Shown: positions 13,131-23,968 of the stretch, piece after piece | Position numbering within the stretch: position 1 is the stretch's first letter | Layout of the letters: every line of letters begins with the position of its first letter | Source: Eledone cirrhosa | Lineage: Eukaryota | NCBI GenBank assembly: GCA_964016885.1 | Contig: OZ024741.1 | Span: forward strand, 192,014,001-192,078,000 | Length of the DNA: 64,000 nucleotides | Direction: 5' to 3' | Position numbers and translations under genes: made by a program | The notes under the pieces: model-generated | Seen by the model: only the letters and a program-made list of their open reading frames with translations | Database searches by the model: none | What the model was told of the DNA's origin: nothing

Positions 13131-14120
13131 AATGAGAAATAAGATAGTTTGAGGGGACGGGCGGGATGGAATTGGAAAAAATGTCTTTAGGTAAAAATAA
13201 CAGGTCAATTCATGTTGACATGTGTGTGTATGTGTTTATATACACACACACACAACTTACACACAGACAGAGATACCAGTACAAATGTACTCGATACAAA
13301 TAAGTAGAGTTTGTATTATAATTATATGAAGCAAAAGTATCAAAATGACTACACTGAATATCACATTTTCAATCTTCAAGTGATTTTGTATATAAGTGTA
13401 AGTATAATGTACTTGATACAACAATCTTAAAGAATAAAAGAATTCAATACATTTGTAGAGTAACGATTTTATTGTGGGTATTGGAAATTTCAATGCCTCA
13501 CAGTGACTTATGCTTTCACTCTCCCAGCAGGAATCTTCAGACAACTACCCACAATAAAATATATCATCATTTTTATCTTATATTTATTTTCCATGCTAGC
13601 ATGGGTCACCACGGTCTAAGTAAGTTCTTATTTGGAATTATAATATATATATACAGTGTGCGGTATCATATGTAAGCAAATCTCATGAGCGACAAGAACA
13701 TAAGTGAAATGCAGGCCCGCAGCTAACTGTGAGGTCAGTACCTCAACATTGAGTAACATCCCGGTTTGCTGGTAACCTAACCATTCCTTGCTAGAAGGGA
13801 ATGTGGACATTAAATGCTGATGATGATAATGATATATATATATACACATATATATATATATATACATACACATATATATATATATATATATATACATATA
13901 TATACATACATATACATACATATATATATATATATATATACACAGTTCAAGAGTAACCAATCTTAAAGAGAGAGATTGAGATAGTAGAGGAGATATGAGA
14001 GGAAAGATTGGTGAGTTAGTTAGAAGCCAAAGCGTAAAGGCATGTGCTCAATGTGCAATATGCAGTAGAAAGCAGCTAGGTGGCTGGGTTCATGCAGAGG
14101 TTAGGTGCGCAGAGCTGGAA

Positions 14121-14442
14121 ATATTCATTAGTTAAGCAAAACAAGACCACAAATTTCACATTATATTATGTAACATTATTTTAATTTATATTCCTTTGAG
14201 TTCCGATGAGCCACTCTGTTTTTTTAAATATGTTAATTATTTTCAACTGAACCAGATCAATTATGATACATAGTCATCTGATCCAGAAATATTATACGGA
14301 GTAGCGAAACAATTGTAAACGGGCATTATTATTATTATTATTATTATTATTCTCTACATTCCTTACATCAAACTAAAATATGTTGACAATCTTTTAATAA
14401 TGTCTTCCTTGTGAAATTTGTGGTCTTGTTTTGCTTAACTAA

Positions 14443-14449
<7 letters not shown>
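14121..14449. repeat. 40-bp perfect inverted repeat enclosing a variant hammerhead (14200-14320, +)
   Basis: arms 14121-14160 / 14410-14449; GTT-CCGATGA-GCCACTCTG...CGGAGTAGC-GAAA-CAATTG-TA-AAC. Confidence 0.75.
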
Positions 14450-14488
<39 letters not shown>

Positions 14489-14610
14489 TATATATATATA
14501 TACACATATATCTATATATATATATACATATATCTACATATATATATATATATACACATATATCTATATATATATATACACATATATCTACATATATATA
14601 TACATATATC

Positions 14611-14647
<37 letters not shown>

Positions 14648-14731
14648 GTATATATATATAGATATATGTGTATATATATATAGATATATGTGTATATAGA
14701 TATATGTGTATATATAATATGTGTGTATATA

Positions 14732-14795
<64 letters not shown>

Positions 14796-14961
14796 ATATA
14801 TATATATATATATGTGTATATATATATATATATGTGTATATATATATATATATATGTGTATATATATATATATATATGTGTATATATATATATATATATG
14901 TGTATATATATATATATATATGTGTATATATATATGTATGTATATGTATATATATATATGT

Positions 14962-14999
<38 letters not shown>

Positions 15000-15006
15000 G
15001 TATATA

Positions 15007-15043
<37 letters not shown>

Positions 15044-15125
15044 ATATATATATATATGTGTGTATATATATATACATATATATATACACACATATATATA
15101 TATATACACATATATATATATATAT
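14446..15125. repeat. Large (TA)n/(CA,TG) compound microsatellite
   Basis: direct reading; source of the spurious IY-repeat ORFs. Confidence 0.97.
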
Positions 15126-15254
15126 GGTGGCTGCCAACTCGTTTTCGAGTACGGCCACTACTTTATATCCATGTAGGAGAACCCCTACCGATGCGCTGAA
15201 CGAGTGTGACTTTTTAGTCATATATATACACATATATATATATATATATGTATA

Positions 15255-15455
15255 AAAATTTCGTATTTCTAAAGAAACACCGGGGCCATCGCCCTCTGGT
15301 GGTGTCCAGCAGAAGCAAGGGGGACAACCATCTATGCATTTCAGGCTTAACTGGCCTTCTGCAGGACGGTCCCTCCCACCGCTTGCTACATATTCTCGAC
15401 TGTTTTCAAGTCCAGCAGTAGCAAGCGGTGGGAGGGACCGTCCTGACAAAGGACA
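15255..15455. other. GC-rich island in (TA)n with a 28-bp perfect hairpin and a CTCF-like motif
   Basis: arms 15362-15389 / 15418-15445; CCACCAGAGGGCGA on the minus strand at about 15289-15302. Confidence 0.7.
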
Positions 15456-15477
15456 TATATATAATTGTATATGTGTA

Positions 15478-15527
<50 letters not shown>

Positions 15528-15611
15528 TATATATATAACCCATGCTAGCGTGGAAGATAGACGTTAAACGAAGATGATGATGAGATGATGATGATATATA
15601 TATATATATAT

Positions 15612-15644
<33 letters not shown>

Positions 15645-15904
15645 CATACATACATATATATATAAATACATACATATGTATATACATATAAATATATAAA
15701 TAAATATACATATTTCTATACACAAACAAATACTTTCATGAAATGCTTAGTCAAGTTGTATATGTGTGTGCATATTTAAACAGTAGACACACACACACAC
15801 GCACATATATACATACATATACATACACATACATACAAAGGTAATCCCACATTCAGTTTTATCAAGTGGCCAGTCACTCGAATGTTCTTTACATGCTATA
15901 ATCT

Positions 15905-16047
15905 TTAGTCTCTATTCAACTTCTTCACACCCAGTTTCATGGCACCAGCTGTCTTACGTAATTCTCGTTTTTCTAGGAGTTCTTTCTGTCTTTGAAGTTT
16001 ACGTTCTTCTCGCTCTTTCCGCTTCTTTTCATTCTCATTGGCTGAAC
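15905..16047 (-). CDS. SCYL1: SCYL1 last coding exon: coiled coil and C-terminus GSANENEKKRKEREERK...GAMKLGVKKLNRD*
   Basis: TGACAG acceptor, phase 1, TAA at 15905-15907; G.MKLG..KL terminus as in SCYL1. Confidence 0.9.
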
Positions 16048-16274
16048 CTGTCAAGGTAGAAGACGAGGAAAAGATGTATAGATAAACACTAGATACAAGG
16101 CACAGCAGGATAGATGTATATCATTATGTATATATATAGTTTAATGTGAAATCAAAGGTATAAAAATTTCTTAAACATTTTGTTACAATATTTCTAATGA
16201 AAGAGACTGTTTCAAGTGGTTTGATATCAGAAGAGTTAAAAACAAAGTGAACAATTTTTGTTTCATGAACATAC

Positions 16275-16416
16275 CTGTATTTGAACCCAAAGCATCCCAT
16301 TCATCAGTATTGTCCCAAACATCTTCCTGCCAACTTACAGGTTTAGATGAACTACTTTTGATGTCTTCAATGGGTATGTCTGTTGAAGTGCTTCCACCAG
16401 ATTTTGGCTTGGTACT
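16275..16416 (-). CDS. SCYL1: SCYL1 penultimate coding exon: STKPKSGG...WQEDVWDNTDEWDALGSNT
   Basis: CTTTAG acceptor, GTATGT donor, 142 bp, phase 0/1. Confidence 0.85.
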
Positions 16417-16870
16417 CTAAAGATAAAGAGAAAGAGAGAAGAGCGAGCTAAGGAATGCACTTTATATAGTATGGAATGGACCTCTGTTGGTTTTGATATG
16501 TGAAATAAATGTGTGAGTGAGTGAGCAGTTCACACTCTTAATGAAATTCAGTGTGACAAGTCTGGCCTTTTGAATTACAGGTACAATATGCCCAACAGGC
16601 TTCCAAACAGTTTTTGACTACCCAATTTTACTCACAAGGCTTGTGTTGACCTAATCAGTGTGAAGAGAAGGTCTTAACCATTCAGCTATACTGCATCCAC
16701 AATACAGTGTGTAACCCATTAACTCCACGGGCAGATGATAAAGGACTATGTTAACTGGCATGAAATCATCCAACACATGATGGTATGGAAAAATTAATAT
16801 ATGAAGATGGTGGTTGTGATGATGATGGTGGTGGTGGTGACGATGGTGAAACTTAAAACTATATAAATAC

Positions 16871-17044
16871 CTTCTTTTTGACAGTTGTCAGGGATGTGAA
16901 GAAATCTGCATCAGTTGGGCTCTCATCCCAGGCATAAGCACTGGCGGGTTGCATTCCTGGGGTATCTAATGTTGAAGAAAACTCTTCTTCTCCCCAGTCC
17001 CCCCATTCTTCAGTGTTGTTTGGTATTTCAAGACAACTGGCCTC
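16871..17044 (-). CDS. SCYL1: SCYL1 exon: EASCLEIPNNTEEWGDWGEEEF...PASAYAWDESPTDADFFTSLTTVKKK
   Basis: TTGTAG acceptor, GTATTT donor, 174 bp, in frame; AS.Y.W and DFF..L motifs. Confidence 0.85.
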
Positions 17045-19005
17045 CTACAACATAGAAAATGTAAAATGATTGGTGTTAGGAAAAGGCCTCAAGACAACCC
17101 ATGAAATATACAAGTGAAATGTAGATTTGACAAACTGTATCATAAACTACCTGTCCAGGAGGCCAGTGACTTTGTATAAGAACCAATACAGGATTGAGGG
17201 TACTGCATAATCCTCCAACTAGGTCAATATCTCTGATAGTATGATAAAATGCACCCAGTCCACACTGTGAAGCATACACAACAACAAAGTTGGCTGTTAT
17301 TTTCTGTTGCTGGATGTGCCAGATTATGTCGACTGAGATGAGTAACAAACTGTCAACTCCTTGCTAATGTGTATTGAATACTTTGTCATTTTACATGTAT
17401 GAGCAAGACAGTCACCTGATTTGACTTGTTTCACAATGGAACAACTCATCTAAGCCATGCTAGTGTGGAAAATAGACATTAAACAGTGATGATGATAATA
17501 TATATATATCACACAAACAATCCTCTTTATATCAGGCATAGAAAATTAAACCCAACACCAATTCATCTCCCACTCTCCTCCCCAAGCTTTAATCTTCTTC
17601 TTCCCTCCACCCTTCTGGTGAACTCCATAACTTCAGAGCTGGTACCATCAACATAGGCCCAATGAAAGGACGATTAGGTAAGATTGTAGAGATGCTTGAA
17701 TGAAAAAAAGTTGATGTATGCTGTATACAAGAGACTAGCTCAGCTAGATTCCTTGTAGGCAAAATACAATGTTACAAAATTTTCTAGGTGGGAAATGACA
17801 ACGGATTGGGTGGAGCAGGAATCATGTTAGCAGAAAAATGGGTAGATCAGGCAATTGCTGTAAATATAATGAATGACAGAATTGTAACAGAATTCTCCTA
17901 TGTTTTACCTGGTGAAGATTCGAAACTGAATCAAAAAGTTCTCGCCTCTAAAACCACCTACAGTTAGGAATTCTCACCATTGTCCAGTTGTAGAAAACCT
18001 GCCAGATACAGTCTTCTAGGAGCAAGACACGGTCACCCGATCAATCTTGCCTCAAGTGGGACTATTCTTGTCTAACCCATGCTAGCATGGAAGATAGACG
18101 TTAAACGATGATGATGATGATGATGATGAAGTGAGAAGCCATGCATTAAGACTGGATCTCGAAATCATGGTCCTGGCTACAGAGCCGAGAAGATGGAGGA
18201 ATTGGGAGTAGAGTATAGAGAAATTGGTGTGGGTGGGGTGGGAGGAGGTGGGAGTTAGTGGGTTTGTAGAAGATGGAAGTAGAGAGTATCTGGTGAGTGT
18301 GATCGATAGAGAGAGAGATGTCGAGAAATTGGCCAAAAGAATCGGAGATGGAGGTGGTGAACGCAAGATGAAAAGACTGGACGAAGGAAAGAAAGGAGAT
18401 GAGCAGTTCAGCTGATATAATCGTTGATATAATGACCTAATAGTTCAGAGGTAGGTCCAGTGTACTGGGAGAAATCTGGGCTTCAATGTAACCAACGAAC
18501 AAGTTGGTAAAGTTCAGGCCCATTCTGGTTTCCATGGCTACCCCAGAGAACTGTTGGTAAAACTCTCCAGAAAAGAAAACCATTGAGAGTTAGAACGAAC
18601 TCAGCAAGATGGAGAAGAGTGGAAGTACTAGGGTAACGTGCAGGGCGTAAGTCCAAAAAGTATCAAAGAGCATGCGGAGGCCATCTTTATGAGGGATGAT
18701 GGTGTAGAGAGAGGTGATGTCCATGGTGAAGGCGAGTAGGGCCGGGAGAGGAGAAGTCAAAGAGCATGATTGGTGTCATGGATTTGGGAAGGGAAGTTGG
18801 TGACTAAGGGGGTAAGGAGGGTGTCAAGGTATTGTGAAATTATTTCATTGGGGCAGTTGTAAGTGGAAACAATAGGATGGCTGGGATTATTGGGTTTATG
18901 TATTTTGGGGAGGAAGAAGATGGTACGGTTGGTGTGATGAGAATATTTGTGGAAATTGAATCAGTTTAACGTACACCAACAAGAGTCCACAAAGAAGTGG
19001 AGGGT

Positions 19006-19285
19006 ACTGAACTGGCCATAGCTCAGTGTCCAGTGTCATTACAGAGTACTGAACTGGCCAGAGCTCAGTGTCCAGTGTCATTACTGAACTGGCCAGAGCT
19101 CAGTGTCCAGTGTCATTACTGAACTGGCCAGAGCTCAGTGTCCAGTGTCATTACTGAACTGGCCATAGCTCAGTGTCCAGTGTCATTACTGAACTGGCCA
19201 GAGCTCAGTGTCCAGTGTCATTACTGAACTGGCCATAGCTCAGTGTCCAGTGTCATTACTGAACTGGCCAAAGTTCAGTGTCCAC
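19006..19285. repeat. 35-bp minisatellite, about 8 copies
   Basis: ACTGAACTGGCCAGAGCTCAGTGTCCAGTGTCATT in tandem. Confidence 0.95.
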
Positions 19286-19314
19286 ACAGATGATGTGAAG
19301 CAGTCTGTTTAGGC

Positions 19315-20145
19315 TGATGATGATGTCATCACCATCATCACCGTTTTACGTCCATTCTTCCATGCTGGCATGGGTAAGACGGGATGTCTTGTTGTGGGCA
19401 ATGCCAGGTCAGGTGACCATGTCTTGCTCATACAGAATTAATTTTGGCTTATTTCTACAACTGGATGCCCTTCCTAACACCAACTTCATTTACAGTGAGT
19501 ACTGGGTGCTTTTTTACTGTGGTGCCTACATGGCCACACTACAGTGTGGACTGGGTGCTTTTTACTGTGGTGGCTACATGGCCACACTAGTGTGGACTGG
19601 GTGCTTTTTTACTGTGGTGCCTACATGGCCACACTACAGTATGTACTGGGTGCTTTTTACTGTGGTGGCTACATGGCCACACTACAGTGTGGACTGGGTG
19701 CTTTTTACTGTGGTGCCTACATGGCCACACTACAGTGTGGACTGGGTGCTTTTTACTGTGGTGGCTACATGGCCACACTACAGTGTGGACTGGGTGCTTT
19801 TTACTGTGGTGGCTACATGGCCACACTACAGTGTGGACTGGGTGCTTTTTACTGTGGTGGCTACATGGCCACACTACAGTGTGGACTGGATGCTTTTTAC
19901 TGTGGTGGCTACATGGCCACACTACAGTGTGGACTGGATGCTTTTTACTGTGGTGGCTACATGGCCACACTACAGTGTGGACTGGGTGCTTTTTACTGTG
20001 GTGCCTACATGGCCACACTACAGTGTGGACTGGGTGCTTTTTTACTGTGGTGGCTACATGGCCACACTACAGTATGTACTGGGTGCTTTTTACTGTGGTG
20101 GCTACATGGCCAACCTACAGTGTGGACTGGGTGCTTTTTGTCGTG
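19315..20145 (-). repeat. RTE 3' end with an internal 48-bp unit amplified about 13 times
   Basis: CTGGGTGCTTTTTACTGTGGTGGCTACATGGCCACACTACAGTGTGGA tandem array next to the RTE 3' terminus. Confidence 0.9.
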
Positions 20146-21336
20146 GAAAAAAGCTTTGAGCTTTCGTCAATGTAAGAACTGTTCAATTTCAGCATGTGTT
20201 CAGAACTCTTTGCAGGTAGATGTGGTGGGTATGAAGCGCAAACCCCTGGCAAGGAGCACTCAGCTTCGGATAGTGGCAGGTCAGTGGGTAGGGTGACAAC
20301 TGTATGGGGTGGTATGTGAATGATAGAAACTAGTGGAGGTGGACGGACTGTGGTGGTTAGGTATGGCATGTGTGGAGTCAGTGGTGGGGGCAATGAAAGA
20401 AGAAGTTGTAGGTGACAAGATAATAGGGTTAGGTCTGGAGGTGAGTTGTGTGTGTGTGTGGTGACAGCAGGCAGGGAGCGGAGTGAGTTGAGCTTTTGTT
20501 TCTTGCTAGAGATGAGAAAATTGAAGAGGAGGCGATTGAAGTGAAGGATGAATTGGATGAAGGATTGGGCGATGTGGTGGTGGCAAGTAGAGGAGATCTT
20601 GGTTGAGAGAACGGATTTGAGAGTGGAATGGATGGTTGCCCACATGAAATGGCAAGAGGAGCGGATAAGGATGGATTCAGTGGTGGGAGTGGAGAAGGAG
20701 GTGGGATGGAAGTTGAGGCGGAAACCTCACAAAATGAGTTGGTGGTGGAGACAGCGGCTTAGAAAAGTAGCATGACGATTGTAGCATGTTTTTGTAAAGA
20801 GGAATTTGGAGAGATGCATGGATTCAAATATGGAGAAGAGGGTGGAGGAAGCTTTTGAGGGTGGAATGGAGCTGGTGGAAGAAGGATTTATGATTGGGTA
20901 TGATTGAGGGCTGAGTGAGGATAGGGTGGAGATACAACAGGGGAGGCTAGCGGTGTGGCAGAGAAAAGGATGTGAGGTGGTGGAGAGAAGAGGTGAAAAC
21001 ATACATATATAAATAATGGCCTGGTCATTTAACACCACAACATCCAACCCAAAGCAAATATGGTCGTGCACAGACAAACCCCTGATAAAAGAGGTGTAGG
21101 AAGATCAAACAGGGTGGTTGAGCAATATCAAAGGAATTTACAGTGAGAAAGCTGATGTAAAACATGATGTGGTTGATGAGTAGACAAGAAGGAGGCAGTA
21201 GTTCTTACATGTGGTGTGGTGTGGTGTTGTTTGATGTGGTGAGGTGTGGTGTTGGTTGTGTTGTGTAATGTGGTGTTGTGTAATGTGGTGTGGTGTTGTG
21301 TAGTGTGGTGTGGTGTGGTGTATATGCAGGTAAATA

Positions 21337-22392
21337 TTAAGGTGTTTGGAAAGTGATTGTATTTTACCAGAAACGAATATAAACTAAGTTCATCTGAATA
21401 ATTTTAATCAAGAATGTAATCATCGTTTTCAATGACTGCAGCCCAACGGGAAGGCAACATTTTAATGCAACATTCAAAGAAACCTATTTCTTCTCCTGAA
21501 AGACTGTTTTCAACTTCCTCTCTGTTTCTGAATATTTTGCCTCTTATAAAATGTACCAATGAGTGGACATGATGGAGAATAACACCATTTCTGTTTGCCA
21601 AAGCAGGCCACTTTCTTTGTAATTTTTTATTTACACGATCAAGTTGTTGGCAATAACCATCTGCAGTAGCTCATAATGGACGATACCTTTCATGTTCCAC
21701 CAAACACAGAGCAAGGAGTTGTGTGGATGGAGGTTCTGGAACTGGCCTCTCATTACATGATAACCATTGTTTTTTTCATTTTCTGTTGTGATGTAAAACC
21801 CATTTTTCATCACCTGTAACAATGTGCTGCAGGAATGGTGGGTGGTTATTCCTGGTTAGAAGGGTGCTGCAGATGTTGGAAAGTTGTGTTCGGTTCTCAA
21901 GCGTAAGCTGATGTGGAACCCAAATTTCCTATTTGCATGTGTTCCCAATTTGTTTGAGATGTTCGTGGATAGTTGAACATGACACATTAAATTTATTTGC
22001 CAAATCTCCTTTGACATGGATCCGATACAATAGTCTCATTCAAAAGATCATGATTCAGAGTGGGTTCAAGGCTTGTGAGATACGTCACAATCGCTATCTT
22101 TAAATCTTTTAAACTACAGCTGACATGTACACGCTTTTACTCATCCAGATACACTTCACAAATGTTTGTCATTGCTTCTACAGTAAGTAATGGTGAATAT
22201 GTTGTTTCATAGAGTTCTTATCCTCCATTGGGTTAATTACTGAAATAACTATGAATGACACACTGCCGGATAGAAAAGATGATATACTGAACTATTTTAA
22301 ACAGTTCCCATCAATTCGACTTTAGTTCTGATGTGATTGGTTAATACATATTTCAAGGTGGTGAAAAAATGCAATTACTTTCCGAACACCCA
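21337..22392 (-). mobile_element. Mariner-type DNA transposon, degraded
   Basis: imperfect TIRs GGTGTTTGGAAAGTGATTG / CAATTACTTTCCGAACACC; HIVTGDEKWV, LLCVWWNMKGIVHYELL, LPSRW..VI motifs. Confidence 0.85.
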
Positions 22393-22546
22393 TGTGTATG
22401 TGCATATATATGTATATATATGTATGCGTGTGTATGTATATATATATATATACATACACCCGCATGCTCTACGGTTCTTATATATCTGATATATATTTAT
22501 CCTTATCGAGCCCTCTTTGGATTTTAGTCTTCAAATTTATTATTAT

Positions 22547-22602
<56 letters not shown>

Positions 22603-22603
22603 T

Positions 22604-22643
<40 letters not shown>

Positions 22644-22692
22644 ATAAGAAAATGCGAAGTAGTTGCAGATGTTAAAGTCCTTTATTGATAAG

Positions 22693-22767
22693 GCTGTGAT
22701 AGATATTTCAATGACGACAGTGGCCACACGATTCTGCCTATCCAGTGCCATGATCTCATCAGACAGC
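22693..22767 (-). ncRNA. Type I hammerhead ribozyme motif (sense to SCYL1)
   Basis: GCTGT-CTGATGA-stem II-GAAA-TATCTA-TC-ACAGC on the minus strand. Confidence 0.8.
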
Positions 22768-22781
22768 TTCTTACATAATGT

Positions 22782-23737
22782 GAGACATGGGCATTGTGTG
22801 CAGAGGACCTACACAGGTTGGAAAGGAATGAAGCATGCATGCTCCGTTGGATGTGTAATAATAATATAGGTTTCTCTCTAAATAGTAATATACGTTAAAC
22901 GTTTCTCTCTAAAAATGAAAGGCAGACTGTATGATGCCTGCATACGAACAGCAATGTTACATGGCAGTGAGACATGGGCATTGTGTGCAGAGGATCTGCG
23001 CAGACTGGAGAGGAACGAAGCTTGCATGCTCCGTTGGATGTGTAATAGTGTAATATACGTGAACGGCAAAGCATAAATGAACTAAGTGAGAAATTAGGAA
23101 TAAGAGGGATCAGATGCTGTTTACTTGAGAGAAGACTACGTTGGTATGGTCACGTGATGCGCATGAAAGACGACAGCTATATAAAAGAGTGCAGGGTGAT
23201 CAAAATTGATGGAAGTTACTGAGTAGGTAGACCCAGAAAAACCTGGGACGACTTGATAAAATCCGACCTCACACACTTACACCTCTCTAAGTCAATGTAG
23301 TAATACAGAAGACCTGCCTTCCCTACGTGCAAAGTTAACCTACAGTCAGTAAGCACCTCCTAACCAAATATACACCCCAACCCACTAACCCTACTCCATC
23401 TTCCCACTCCCACCGACACCACCCTTTCTCTGTAAAGTTATGTTGGTACCACAACATCCTGTCCAAACTAAAGAGGTTGTGTAGGTGTCACAACAAAAAA
23501 ACACCCAGTCCATGCTGTAAAGTGGTTGTGTAGGAGACACGATAAAAAGGCTCCCAGTCCACACTGTAAATTTGGTTGGTGTTAGCAAAGGCATCCAGTT
23601 GTAGAAAACCTGCCAGATACAGTCCTATATGAGCGAGACACTGTCACCCGATCAATCTTGGCTTAAGTGGGACAATTCCCGTCTAACCCATGCTAGCGTG
23701 GAAGATAGACGTTAAACGATGATGATGATGATGATGA
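22782..23737 (+). mobile_element. RTE LINE 3' fragment with a duplicated 5' piece
   Basis: LHGSETW, RRLRWYGHV, GRPRKTW, (GAT)n tail; 22782-22862 duplicates about 22967-23047. Confidence 0.9.
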
Positions 23738-23902
23738 AGGCTATGTTCTCGAGGCAATCAAAACTAAAATGACAAGGGAACGGACAAAGATGATGTTTTT
23801 GAAGCCTTCGCTCTGAAATGGGTTCAAAAACATCATCTTTGTCCATTCCCTTATCATTTTAGTTTGGTTTGCCTCAAGAACGTAACCTTATTATGTAATG
23901 AA

Positions 23903-23968
23903 GCTGTCTGATGAGATCATGGCACGGAGTCACGTGGCCACTGTCATTATTGAAATATGTATCACAGC
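23903..23968 (+). ncRNA. Type I hammerhead ribozyme motif
   Basis: GCTGT-CTGATGA-GATCATGGCA...TGTCATTATT-GAAA-TATGTA-TC-ACAGC. Confidence 0.82.

Larger units (their letters stand above)
18130..21050 (-). mobile_element. Degraded Penelope-like element interrupted by minisatellites and an RTE 3' end
   Basis: N-terminal LSEAE.S..RGLRFIPT (about 20230-20300); RT motifs PIVS, MDITSLYT.IPH, GVAM (18430-18890). Confidence 0.7.

Noticed and set aside
14411-15729. Long Ile/Tyr-rich ORFs
   Set aside because: Translations of (TA)n microsatellite.
19490-20140. CRISPR-like array or repeat protein (YCGGYMATLQCGLGAF)n
   Set aside because: There are no unique spacers and no cas genes; units are near-identical 48-bp copies of the RTE 3' UTR, and the ORFs arise because the unit is a multiple of 3.
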